Below are positions 28,708-38,112 of a stretch of 64,000 bases of DNA, piece by piece. The DNA is from a virus (lineage: Duplodnaviria; Caudoviricetes). Both the position numbers and the translations under genes were made by a program. Under the pieces are notes generated by a model. It was not told the DNA's origin. It searched no databases and was given only the letters and a program-made list of their open reading frames with translations. The first letter of the stretch is position 1. Each line of letters begins with the position of its first letter. Where the stretch lies: positions 64,001 through 128,000 of the IMG/VR virus record IMGVR_UViG_2974799246_000001; one strand, given 5' to 3'.

Positions 28708-30599
28708 TTATTCACCCGTGGCATATACATTTCAAGACGCTCACCGTCAGGCGTGCCGTGCGTACTTGAACCATCAACAGTACCGTCACCAAGAGAGCAC
28801 AGGAAGTTACGCAGGTTCTCTTCCTGCTGGCGAATGAGCTGGCTCAGGTTCGTACTTGGACCAAGCAGCTTGCTGATAGACAGAGCATCGAGACACTTAT
28901 CAGGCAGAGCATCGCTCATCATACGGTTCATATCGTCCAGCTTGTTGCTTACGCAGCGCTGGTTGATTTGAGGACCGTCGAGATACTCAGCAGGGATATC
29001 GCCGTTAGCAATCAGACCGTTCACGTCATTGGTGAAGCCACCAAGCATGTTCTCCATGCTATCAAGACGTGAGGCGAGGCCGTCGAGTATGCCACCCTTG
29101 TAATTGATCGCAAGGTTGACACTCAACTTCTCCAGACTGTTCAGTGCGCTACAAATACCAGTCAGATACTTCGCCATATTGAACTCTTGCATCAGAGCAT
29201 TCAGGTAGTCAACACCTTCACCATACTTAGCAGCCAGCTCAGGGAATTTGAACGCTTCTGATTCTGTCTGGAACTGGTCAAGCATAACGTCCAGCTGGAG
29301 ATTGTGTTGCTGCGAAAGCCAGTCGATAGGATTTGAGCCATCAAGCGCCTGTTTGATGTTCGCGTTAATCTGGAACGGACGCAGAACGTTAGCAACCGTA
29401 GACAGCGGAGTCTGGATGATGTTCGAGCCACCACCAATGTTCGACGTACCCTCAACAGGAGTGAAGTTACGCGACAGCAAGAACGCTTCGCTATACATGC
29501 CACCAGAGAAGACGCGAGTACGGCCGATGACCAGCCACTTGCCTGATACCTTGATATCAGTTTCGACTTCACGATGACCGTTAATCACACCAGCAGATAC
29601 ATCGACAATATCAAAGATATCGACTTCTGGACAGCCGCCTAAGATGAGAGCGCGAGCAGTCTCGGTGTAAGCCATAGACTGGCGTTTGTTGTTGTAGTAC
29701 GCCTGCATGTACTTATCGTGAATGTTGATATCGTTCGTTGGTCGAGCGTAGGCCTTACGAGCACCAGCAATATCACCACGCGTGTCGCTGTTAATGTTCA
29801 GCGGGTCACGACCTTTGACAGTCACTGAGGACAGTTCGTTCGTCTTGCCCTTGCTATCGGCCCACAGCAGCTTCTCGCCATAGTTCGACATGCCGTTGAA
29901 GATACCACTCATGGACTTCGGCCGGAACTCATGCAGGTTATAGAGCGGCGTGTCGCCTGTAGGCTTATGGTTGAATAACCAGTACGCCTTAGGGTCTTCG
30001 TCAAACAGTTTGTTGATATCGCGCACTACCATACGCTTGTCGGCAGTGATGAACATCTTAGGCAGCGCTTCTTCACTTACCCACATGTGCTGTTCGATTT
30101 CGTGAGCGAACTTCTTAGGCGAACACGTTGCAGATACCCAGCTCATGATATCTGACGTTTGAATGTCACCGAAGTCAGGCGTCAAGCCGCCGAAAGAGGC
30201 AACTTGTTTTAAAGCATCAATGGAGGTTCCGCGAATGGAGAAGCTACGCGTATCAAAGAGAAAAGCAGGTGCGTCGAGAGCACACAGCACATTAAGCATT
30301 GGTGCGCCACCCTCACCGTATTCGCGCACAGCAAACACAGAGAACGTGAACGTAGACGCCGATTCCTGATCAGGCCCCATCATCAATGTTATTTTCGTAC
30401 CGTCCACAATCGCGTGGGTAGAGCGTAGTACGTTCGTCTGGTCAGAGAATTTGATCAGAGCGCAGGGCACAGCGAAGGTGTTTTCAAACACTTGGACGGA
30501 ATTGATTAGGTTCGGCATAGACGGCGGTGCTTTGCCGTCTAACAAAAGACCAAAGAAGCCTTGGTCTTTTACGCCGCCAGATGTTGCTTGGTCAGCCAT
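28704..30599 (-). CDS. Baseplate hub protein (gp27/VgrG-like) with C-terminal helical extension
   Basis: 631 aa, upstream of the spike; SGKWLVIGRTRVF motif typical of the end of hub domains. Confidence 0.65.
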   Translation of the reverse strand: MADQATSGGVKDQGFFGLLLDGKAPPSMPNLINSVQVFENTFAVPCALIKFSDQTNVLRSTHAIVDGTKITLMMGPDQESASTFTFSVFAVREYGEGGAPMLNVLCALDAPAFLFDTRSFSIRGTSIDALKQVASFGGLTPDFGDIQTSDIMSWVSATCSPKKFAHEIEQHMWVSEEALPKMFITADKRMVVRDINKLFDEDPKAYWLFNHKPTGDTPLYNLHEFRPKSMSGIFNGMSNYGEKLLWADSKGKTNELSSVTVKGRDPLNINSDTRGDIAGARKAYARPTNDINIHDKYMQAYYNNKRQSMAYTETARALILGGCPEVDIFDIVDVSAGVINGHREVETDIKVSGKWLVIGRTRVFSGGMYSEAFLLSRNFTPVEGTSNIGGGSNIIQTPLSTVANVLRPFQINANIKQALDGSNPIDWLSQQHNLQLDVMLDQFQTESEAFKFPELAAKYGEGVDYLNALMQEFNMAKYLTGICSALNSLEKLSVNLAINYKGGILDGLASRLDSMENMLGGFTNDVNGLIANGDIPAEYLDGPQINQRCVSNKLDDMNRMMSDALPDKCLDALSISKLLGPSTNLSQLIRQQEENLRNFLCSLGDGTVDGSSTHGTPDGERLEMYMPRVNK

Positions 30600-30601
30600 G
30601 A

Positions 30602-31045
30602 TTAGCCCTCAGCGTCAAGCTCAATCGCAATGGCTTTCAACTTCGCTGCAAGTAACTTTATCTCGGAAGACTTGGGTTGAATGTTGAAGCCACCGCGACC
30701 TGGCTTGATCTCAGAATCGTTTTTGGTGTTGTACCACTTACGCACTGCAACGACACGGTTACCGGCATCATCGCCTACGAGGTCAACAGACAGGAAGCTA
30801 TGTTCACCAATCTGAATACGGAAGACTTCAGGCTCAGAAGTCTCTTTGCGAGTCTCCTTTACCTTCTTCTGCTTGGGACGCTTGAGTTCAGTGTTCTTTC
30901 CAGCAGGCTTCTCAGACTTCTTGGCTTTCTTAGCCTTGACGCGCTTGAGTTCTTCTGCCTGTTCGGCAAGAGGCTTATCACGCTTCAATGTCCGCTTGAT
31001 CTTCTTCGCTTTCTCGCCTACGATTTTGCCGTTAACCATTGCCAT
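30602..31045 (-). CDS. PC4-like ssDNA-binding protein with Lys-rich N-terminal arm
   Basis: VVAVRKWYNTKNDSEIKPGRGGFNI resembles the PC4 motif (VDIRxxY...KPxxKGI). Confidence 0.7.
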   Translation of the reverse strand: MAMVNGKIVGEKAKKIKRTLKRDKPLAEQAEELKRVKAKKAKKSEKPAGKNTELKRPKQKKVKETRKETSEPEVFRIQIGEHSFLSVDLVGDDAGNRVVAVRKWYNTKNDSEIKPGRGGFNIQPKSSEIKLLAAKLKAIAIELDAEG

Positions 31046-31338
31046 TAGATTTGCGTCCTCTTAACTTTCTTAATAGCAGCACTAGGCCGCTTTTGTGGGA
31101 ACACGACTAGCATCCCCGCTTTAAGTTCAGAGGGATGCAGCAGTGCGTTTGCGATCAGTATGAAATTCCAGTAACCGTTAGAGCCGTATTTGTTCACGGA
31201 CAACAGCTGCGGGTTACCCTCAAGTGCGGCATCAATACGCTCGGACGTTCCCGTCTGGGCAGCATCAACATCATCAAAGATCTTCATGGTCAGAGGATCA
31301 ATGCCCCACTTGTCGATTACGCCGATTGTTTCAGCCAT
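31045..31338 (-). CDS. Small baseplate protein (gp53/LysM-like)
   Basis: PQLLSVNKYGSNGYWNFILIANALLHPSELKAGMLVVFP. Confidence 0.75.
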   Translation of the reverse strand: MAETIGVIDKWGIDPLTMKIFDDVDAAQTGTSERIDAALEGNPQLLSVNKYGSNGYWNFILIANALLHPSELKAGMLVVFPQKRPSAAIKKVKRTQI

Positions 31339-32129
31339 TTACGAAGGTCCTCACGCGTCACAGCGAAGTAGCTACTCACCTGCAGGATGAAGTCAACGCT
31401 GATAGGGTTACCTGTCCCGTCTTCCCACACGTTGTCGAAGTTCGCGCTAACGTTATCGACTACGCAAGGACTCATCGAGAAGAAATTACCAATATCAACA
31501 AAGAACGCTTCACTGTCTTCCAGAATACCGCCCATTGCAGCATTCGCCGCGTCAGCAGTACCGCCACTGGCTGCAAGTGTCATCGCTTCCATACTAACGG
31601 ACTTCAATGGACTTGGGCCAGGTGGAAGCAGCAAGCCTCCATTCTCAGAAGGAGCACAGAGCGACAACAGGTTGATTGTTGTATCTACCACTTCGCTTTT
31701 CGTATCAGAGTAAGCATCGACAAAGATAGGCAGGTCGACCTGCATATAGCTAGGACCGCCCCACACGCGAGCACTCGCCAGCTTGTGCATAGAACTTGCA
31801 CCAGCGAACTTGAGCGCCTTATCCATCATGCCTGCGCTATTCCCAATGAAACCACCAAGAGCACCAGTTCTACCACCTACGCCAGCTAACGCATTACCTG
31901 CGTTACCAACAACGTCTGCAACTGATGTATTCATGAACGGTGATTCCCAGGAAGAACCTAAGCTGAACGTGAAGTCAGGAGGAATGAACCCCGTGAACTT
32001 AATCGTGCCACTCTTGTTATAGATCTTTACTCGGTACATGTTATCGACAGAGATGATATCGTCACGCGACCGAGCAGTACCTATAGCAGTGGCTTGCCCA
32101 CCATCGGCGGGCATTAAGTAGTTAGCCAC
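31317..32129 (-). CDS. Baseplate/tail-tube junction protein (gp48/54-like)
   Basis: 270 aa. IGNFF..SPCVVDNVSANFD...GNPISVDFILQ, characteristic of tube-initiator proteins; position after the tape measure. Confidence 0.65.
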   Translation of the reverse strand: MANYLMPADGGQATAIGTARSRDDIISVDNMYRVKIYNKSGTIKFTGFIPPDFTFSLGSSWESPFMNTSVADVVGNAGNALAGVGGRTGALGGFIGNSAGMMDKALKFAGASSMHKLASARVWGGPSYMQVDLPIFVDAYSDTKSEVVDTTINLLSLCAPSENGGLLLPPGPSPLKSVSMEAMTLAASGGTADAANAAMGGILEDSEAFFVDIGNFFSMSPCVVDNVSANFDNVWEDGTGNPISVDFILQVSSYFAVTREDLRKWLKQSA

Positions 32130-32141
32130 ACAAACTCCTTA

Positions 32142-34808
32142 TCACATATAGCCCATAGTAATCATGTTCAACATCGGATCGTCCATAAAGATTGGAATCG
32201 AATCGAGTGAATGACCAGCAGCAGGACTAGAACCACTATTGCCCGAAGCAGCGGGACGAGATACAGCGCCACCTTTAGGCTGATTAGCAACAGGTGCTGG
32301 TGGTGCAGAAGGAGCTGGAGCAGCAGGTGCTTCCGTTCGAGCGATATCGCCCTCTGTTACGAGAGGCTGACGATCAACAGGAGCTTCTGGCTGAACTACA
32401 GGCTCGATGCGATTGACCTCAGGAGCTTTCATTAATGCTGTAGGCTCCTGACCACCAAACTGTTCGTTACGCACATTGCGCCGAGCATCGGCCAATGCTT
32501 CTGGCGTTGCTGCACGTTGGGTGTCAGTTTCAGGCGGTCGATAGTCAGAAGGTTTATGGCCATCTGCTACCTGTTGAGGCTTCGCAACGTCTGACGGTAG
32601 TTGCTCGTTATTTACAGCTTTCTTCTTGCGATCTGCCTCTGCAACCTTAAGCAATACGTCCTTCTCATTCTGCGCTCGTGTCGCCACAGATTGTTGTGTC
32701 TGCGCCGAGCTTGATTTGAAGTAACGGTCAGTCGTTGCTGCCTTGTAGTCCTGAATAGTCTTAATCAACTCTTCATCGGACATGCCGTTAACGTCTTTGC
32801 CTTGAAGCGCATTGGCGATGACGCTTGTACCTGCACCATACTGCACAGCCGTACTGTACATCAGTTCTTTGACACCAGCACCACGCTTCGTCAAGTCCAC
32901 ACCAACTTCGTTCTGCATCTTAGCCACGAGCGGTGCGTAATGAGTACGCGTGATATAGTCGGACTGCGCTTTATCGAAGTCGGCACCTTGAGTATTCGCA
33001 ACATCCTTATAGACGGAGTTGAACTGAGCAGTACCTGGAGCGAGTCCACCGAAACGTTGCAGGAACGGTTTGCCTTCAGGACTGTTCAGGAAGTTCATCA
33101 TGCTGCCGTTGTTCGTAGCGAGCTGGTGCTTACCGTACGACACACCACCAGCATCACCCTGACCAGTAGACACAGTGCCTACACCACGACCACCCGACTC
33201 GAACTGTTCCGACACTGAACCGAGACCGCCTTCTGCAATTGCGCGATTAGCGATATCGGTTACTTGCTTGCTGTCCATACGACGTGCAGGTTGAGCGCGA
33301 GCAAGTCCTGGGAATGTACCGCCACCAGAGCCAGGCATCCCGCCCATACCACCAAAGCCAAAAGGCATAATGACAGGCTGAGGGAATTTAGCTTTGTTCT
33401 GATTCTCTGCGGTAGTGTCGTTATACTCGTCCATCTTCTCTTTGCGGTCTTTCTCACCGTCAGCGAGCATCTTGTCCGATTCGTCAGTAATCTTTTCAGC
33501 GACATATTCGCCTACAGAACTACCGAAGTAGTCACCCAGTATGTTACCAAGCAGACCACCCAACGCAGCACCAGCAGCAGTACCAACAACAGGAACAACT
33601 GAACCGAGTGTACCGCCTATCCATGCACCAGCAATAGCACCAGTAGTACCGCCAGCAGCACCACCGATAGCAGAGCCGCCCGCTTTCTTCTTCTCTTTGG
33701 CCTTCTCTGCATCAGTCAGCGTTTCGTCTGCGTCGATGTGTTGCGTTTCGTTCGCATAAGACAGGCCGTTACCTAATGCAGGACCGATGATAGGAATCTT
33801 CTTCGATGCACCCGCCAGTAGTAGACTCGCGCCCGCTACAGCAGCATCCTGTGTTGCAGATGGAGGCGTTGGTACATCGCCCTTAGCAGCTTCTTCCGCA
33901 CGTTGAACCTCTGGTGCAGTAGGCATCGGTGTGGGCTTTGCCTCAGAGTCAGGAGCAGCCTCGGTCTTCTGGTAATCAGGAGCACCAACACCTCCATTCT
34001 CCGCGTTCTGCTCCTCAAACTTCTCTTGTGATCTGTGCTTCAACCACAAGCCACCAGCCACAGTAGCGCCTAGAGCTAGAGCAAGTCCCAGCTTACCTTT
34101 GAGCTTAGGCAAGCGGCTACGACGAGGTAGATTACGGCCTGGGCCTCTGCGTTCACCGCGATTGCGGCCGTAGCGTCTGCCACGTTTACGACGAGGGCGA
34201 TTATCTTCTGGGCCAAAGTCTGGACCAGCACCGTTGTCAGGCCCGTTATCGTCATTAGCAGAATCATCAGGACCGTTGTTACCGCCTCCACCCGCGCCAG
34301 GCTGATTGCCGTGTGGGTCTGACTTAGCGCGGTTCTTCTCTTTGAATGCTTCGCGCTTCTCCCACTCCAACCAATCTTCAAGGGCTTTCTGCGTCTTCGC
34401 AGATACTGCGTTACCCTCTTTGATTGCGTGAACGATATCTTCACCAGACTTCTCGCCTGCAATAAACAGGTCTTCCAGAGCGGATTCTACTTCACGTGGA
34501 TTAGGCTGTTGTGGTACGGCGCGCGGTGCAGCAGGAGCAGCATCATTGTTCTCCTGCACATAGCGCACACGCGTGTTGGCCATCTTCTCACGCGCAGCTT
34601 TAGCCGCACGGTTCTTAGCCCTTGAGCCTGGACCAACATAAACAATTTCGTCATCAAGCAGTTCGGGATCGTAATCATCCTCAATGTCATTGGCAGCACG
34701 CCGTCTGCGTTTCGGCTTAGGCATACCAGCGACTGAACCACTAATGCTGTCCGCATGTTCGATCATTAGTTCGAGTGCGGTTAGCTCTTTCTCTTTTGGC
34801 TTAGCCAT
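32142..34808 (-). CDS. Tape-measure-like tail protein with lysozyme-like (VgrG3 C-terminal type) domain
   Basis: 888 aa. Gly/Ala-rich hydrophobic helices (GAIAGAWIGGTLGSVVPVVGTAAGAALGG); LGSVSEQFESGGRG.GTVSTG.GD.GGVSYGKHQL muramidase motif. Confidence 0.75.
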   Translation of the reverse strand: MAKPKEKELTALELMIEHADSISGSVAGMPKPKRRRRAANDIEDDYDPELLDDEIVYVGPGSRAKNRAAKAAREKMANTRVRYVQENNDAAPAAPRAVPQQPNPREVESALEDLFIAGEKSGEDIVHAIKEGNAVSAKTQKALEDWLEWEKREAFKEKNRAKSDPHGNQPGAGGGGNNGPDDSANDDNGPDNGAGPDFGPEDNRPRRKRGRRYGRNRGERRGPGRNLPRRSRLPKLKGKLGLALALGATVAGGLWLKHRSQEKFEEQNAENGGVGAPDYQKTEAAPDSEAKPTPMPTAPEVQRAEEAAKGDVPTPPSATQDAAVAGASLLLAGASKKIPIIGPALGNGLSYANETQHIDADETLTDAEKAKEKKKAGGSAIGGAAGGTTGAIAGAWIGGTLGSVVPVVGTAAGAALGGLLGNILGDYFGSSVGEYVAEKITDESDKMLADGEKDRKEKMDEYNDTTAENQNKAKFPQPVIMPFGFGGMGGMPGSGGGTFPGLARAQPARRMDSKQVTDIANRAIAEGGLGSVSEQFESGGRGVGTVSTGQGDAGGVSYGKHQLATNNGSMMNFLNSPEGKPFLQRFGGLAPGTAQFNSVYKDVANTQGADFDKAQSDYITRTHYAPLVAKMQNEVGVDLTKRGAGVKELMYSTAVQYGAGTSVIANALQGKDVNGMSDEELIKTIQDYKAATTDRYFKSSSAQTQQSVATRAQNEKDVLLKVAEADRKKKAVNNEQLPSDVAKPQQVADGHKPSDYRPPETDTQRAATPEALADARRNVRNEQFGGQEPTALMKAPEVNRIEPVVQPEAPVDRQPLVTEGDIARTEAPAAPAPSAPPAPVANQPKGGAVSRPAASGNSGSSPAAGHSLDSIPIFMDDPMLNMITMGYM

Positions 34809-35653
34809 TATCCACCTCTACGACCTCGCTTCGCTGCTAATGCAAGCGCTCGCTGTTCTTCGGCTTTGTTCTTATCGTGAACATAAGCACTATGCCAGTA
34901 CAGCAATTTGTTGATCGTTATATCATCTGGCACGTAGATGTTCTTGGCACTGGCTAGGTCCAGCGTCATGTTCATCATTGATGTGTCAGAAAACACACGG
35001 AAGTAGCCTAAGATATCAATCGGACTTTTATACGTGTAGGAGCGGAAGCACTTGTTGCATTTGTGCGTTGTCTCCAGCTCACAACTAACGTACACGTAAT
35101 TGCCTGCGTTCATTATCTCAATGGGGTCAGCGTATTCGAGCGTCTGCTCCAGTGGCAGGTCGCTGTCGATGTACATGGCATTCATCACCTGTGTAGCATC
35201 GCGCTCCTCACTAAGTAACACGGCTTCAATCCAGCGCTGAACGGTAGGATGGCGCAAGCCTTTTGGAAGGTCGCGCCATTTGTGTTCTACGATTCGTTGT
35301 CGCATGACTTCTTCGGTGTTAAGCAGGTTGCAGTCTACTTCTACGAATTTGCAACCACGCGGCCTGTCATAGTACCGCTCTCCGCGCATATCAACGAAGA
35401 ACGGTTGTGTGCATCGCCATTCGTATAGACGGTGCGACTGCGGCCAACTATTTCTATCGAACATCGCAAGCATATAACGGAAGTCTTCGAGGTACATGTC
35501 TCTGATCTTCACATTGGTGAAATGCTGCAACGTATCGACAAAGAGTTCAGGCAGTTTATACTTCTGGGCGTTGAACAAACTGGACATAGCGTTCGCAGTG
35601 ATTTGCTCAATACGCGCATCGGACCTGCCTGATGGGAGATATATCTCTAACAT
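34808..35653 (-). CDS. Baseplate hub/tail assembly chaperone (gp26/gp51-like)
   Basis: Start revised to ATG 35653 (TAATG overlap), 281 aa. LPSG N-terminal motif and CNKC; paralogue of the upstream gene. Confidence 0.6.
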   Translation of the reverse strand: MLEIYLPSGRSDARIEQITANAMSSLFNAQKYKLPELFVDTLQHFTNVKIRDMYLEDFRYMLAMFDRNSWPQSHRLYEWRCTQPFFVDMRGERYYDRPRGCKFVEVDCNLLNTEEVMRQRIVEHKWRDLPKGLRHPTVQRWIEAVLLSEERDATQVMNAMYIDSDLPLEQTLEYADPIEIMNAGNYVYVSCELETTHKCNKCFRSYTYKSPIDILGYFRVFSDTSMMNMTLDLASAKNIYVPDDITINKLLYWHSAYVHDKNKAEEQRALALAAKRGRRGG

Positions 35654-36336
35654 TAGCGCACGAACATCGCAGGGTTCATATCCCACGCACGGACGCTTTT
35701 GCGTTTACATGCAGGGCATTCGAGGCTGATATCAGTCAACACACCGTGACGAGAAGCAAGCACCCACTCGGATAATTGCAGCCACAATTTCAGGTCTTCC
35801 TGTTCTTCCAGTAGCGCAACGTTCGCATCGAAGTTACGACCCATGTGCGCTACATGCCAGCTAAACATATCCTCCGAAGCGCGTTCGAAGTGACGCATAC
35901 GAGGCAGGTCAAACGTTTCATGCTCTGCCGCCAATACAGCCACAGTCATGGAAGTCTCATCGACAATGCCGACGTTGTTTGCTGCACAAGGGAACGTATT
36001 GATAGCACCACCTTCAGGGCGCATCTCGTTAACGATGCCATCGGAATATTCAAACAGCGGTTTGTTGCAACGCCAGTGTGTCATCAGAGGCATTACGGAG
36101 TTCATCCACATACGCTGCTGGAAGACGAGCGCATAGGCATCAGGCACAGTCAGTTCATCGAGGGGAATAGACAGGCACGGAGCCAGTGCATCGAGAAGGA
36201 TATACTTCATGTCCTTCTTATCAATCGCTTTCGCAATCGCACGGTTCTCTTTACCGCCAAAACGACGCATCGTAAAGGCTGGTGGGAGTTGTGCTTTGTA
36301 ACCATGCGACGGTAAACTCGCTGTTTGAATTTCCAT
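35653..36336 (-). CDS. Baseplate hub assembly protein (gp26-like)
   Basis: 227 aa. SLPSHG N-terminal motif; C-terminal CPAC. Confidence 0.65.
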   Translation of the reverse strand: MEIQTASLPSHGYKAQLPPAFTMRRFGGKENRAIAKAIDKKDMKYILLDALAPCLSIPLDELTVPDAYALVFQQRMWMNSVMPLMTHWRCNKPLFEYSDGIVNEMRPEGGAINTFPCAANNVGIVDETSMTVAVLAAEHETFDLPRMRHFERASEDMFSWHVAHMGRNFDANVALLEEQEDLKLWLQLSEWVLASRHGVLTDISLECPACKRKSVRAWDMNPAMFVR

Positions 36337-36347
36337 TTATTCTTATC

Positions 36348-36860
36348 TCATATCAAAGGACGGGAAACATCAAGAGCCATTTGAACACTCCACATACCAC
36401 GACCTCCTGTGCCATTAAGCGTAATGCTTTGACCGCCAATAGGCCAACAGTTGCGGAGTTGTTGTTCGCCAACCATTTGCCCCTGGTTGTCGTATAGCTC
36501 AATGATAAGATTTTTCTTGTACACAGACGGCAATCTAAAGCCGCCAGTATACGGGTTCTGAATCAAGTTCTGCCACGCGTTCATATACTTCATGACAGCG
36601 AGCTTTTGGTCGAGGCCAAACAGCAAACTGAATCCATCAACACTTGAACCGTGTGGCCAGTTGATTTGCACAGTGGCCACTTCTTTCGATTTAGATTGAT
36701 AGACAGAGAACGGTAAGTCTACCTCTTCACATGCGAACGGGCTTAACGATATATTACCAATAACAGGAAATTCTCGCACACGCCACTTGTCCTGCATGAA
36801 AGGATCATCAAGGCCAGGAGCAGAAGAATCATTCAGATCGTCAAGTGTTGGCAGCGGCAT
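36348..36860 (-). CDS. Tail-tube-like protein (minor tube paralogue)
   Basis: 170 aa, collinear with the tube protein (LDD..DP..D, YKK.LIIELYD..G, NCWP). Confidence 0.7.
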   Translation of the reverse strand: MPLPTLDDLNDSSAPGLDDPFMQDKWRVREFPVIGNISLSPFACEEVDLPFSVYQSKSKEVATVQINWPHGSSVDGFSLLFGLDQKLAVMKYMNAWQNLIQNPYTGGFRLPSVYKKNLIIELYDNQGQMVGEQQLRNCWPIGGQSITLNGTGGRGMWSVQMALDVSRPLI

Positions 36861-36862
36861 GA

Positions 36863-37537
36863 TTATTCCTCTACTATGATAAGCACAGGTCGAACATCGC
36901 TATCGAGCTTGAGGAACGTAGCACCAACCAGATAGCCGTCATTCTCAATTTGCTTGACTACGGCTTTCTCGTAGTCCGTTTCCCATTTCTCACGCTGCGA
37001 GGCTTTGTAGCCTTCAAACGTTTCAGTTGCATCGTAGTAGTTATAGATACCACCAGTCGGCATAGGGATACGCGCAAGGAACTGAATACGACCAGCGTTC
37101 TTAAACTTGGTCTTATGCAGCGCTTGAGTCAGCTTGGTGTTCTCAGCTTTAGAGCCAGGAACAGCTTTAAACGGTTTCTTCGGTTGAGGCTCTTTAGGTG
37201 CAGCAGGAAGTTTCTCACGCGCAGGAGTATTCTTGTCTGTAGCTTTCTTAACGCGAATGCCAGAGACAGTTCCTGTGAATGGACGACTACGGCTTAACAG
37301 TGAACGTGCGGTCGCAGCGTCTACCGTGAATACCACAGACGGGTCATCCTTATGCAGCACATAGAACAGGTTGCGCTTTGCAGCCTTGATACCGAATACG
37401 TCTTTCTCCTCGATATCAGCCTCGTGCTCTTTGTTCTCAATGCTGACCTTGCGCTTACCTTCGAAGCGATACCAATCACAATCCATAATGGACGCGACAG
37501 GCAGTTTACGTGCGCTTTCGCTCAGTAAAATAAGCAT
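36863..37537 (-). CDS. Hypothetical protein, probable internal head protein
   Basis: 224 aa. N-terminal MLILLSESA followed by the shared W/Y-x-x-Y/F-x-G domain. Confidence 0.7.
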   Translation of the reverse strand: MLILLSESARKLPVASIMDCDWYRFEGKRKVSIENKEHEADIEEKDVFGIKAAKRNLFYVLHKDDPSVVFTVDAATARSLLSRSRPFTGTVSGIRVKKATDKNTPAREKLPAAPKEPQPKKPFKAVPGSKAENTKLTQALHKTKFKNAGRIQFLARIPMPTGGIYNYYDATETFEGYKASQREKWETDYEKAVVKQIENDGYLVGATFLKLDSDVRPVLIIVEE

Positions 37538-37552
37538 AGAGTCTCCAAAACG

Positions 37553-37581
37553 AAAAAGGGCCAGAACGAATCTTGGCCCTT
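37553..37581 (-). terminator. Rho-independent terminator after the tube gene
   Basis: AGGGCCAAGA-TTCG-TTCTGGCCCTTTTT. Confidence 0.85.
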
Positions 37582-37588
37582 GTGTTTC

Positions 37589-38101
37589 TTACGATACGAG
37601 TTCGGCGTAGTCGAAGGACCATTCGATTGAGACCGGAACAGCCTGTGCGGCACCAGAGAAGTTCAGATCTGGTACCTGCTTCGGCCACACGCCGTAGATG
37701 TTGTACTCAGCAACTACAGAACCATCCATATCGAAGATACGGAAGATTGCTTTGGTCGCGTAGTCTGCTTTACGTGCGCCCAGCTGGGTTTGAGTAGCAC
37801 GAACAAACTCATGCCATTCTTCCAGTTGTTTATACACAGCCATCTCGGAGTTTTCGTTGTACTCGGTAGAGAGCGCGTGAGAGAAGATCTTACGACCAGC
37901 GTAGTTGAGCTGGTGGCCGAACGCTTCTTTCAGAACTTCTTCCAGAGTAGAACCTGGCTTGATACCAGTCTTACAGAACAGACGCAGAGTACGCGCGTAG
38001 TCCGCACCACCGACAGGCGGGTTAGGAATCAGGAACTCGAAGTTGTCATCGAGTAACGGATCTTTAGTAGACGAAAATTCGTCAAGAGTTACCTTTGGCA
38101 T
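37589..38101 (-). CDS. Tail tube protein (gp19-like)
   Basis: 170 aa directly after the sheath gene; LNYAGRKIF, YNIYGVWP, IEWSFDY. Confidence 0.85.
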   Translation of the reverse strand: MPKVTLDEFSSTKDPLLDDNFEFLIPNPPVGGADYARTLRLFCKTGIKPGSTLEEVLKEAFGHQLNYAGRKIFSHALSTEYNENSEMAVYKQLEEWHEFVRATQTQLGARKADYATKAIFRIFDMDGSVVAEYNIYGVWPKQVPDLNFSGAAQAVPVSIEWSFDYAELVS

Positions 38102-38112
38102 CTAAAAGCTCC

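Noticed and set aside
34808-36336. Programmed frameshift in tail assembly chaperones upstream of the tape measure
   Set aside because: The two genes are separate paralogues joined by a TAATG overlap, each with its own LPS-G start motif; I saw no slippery heptamer at the junction.
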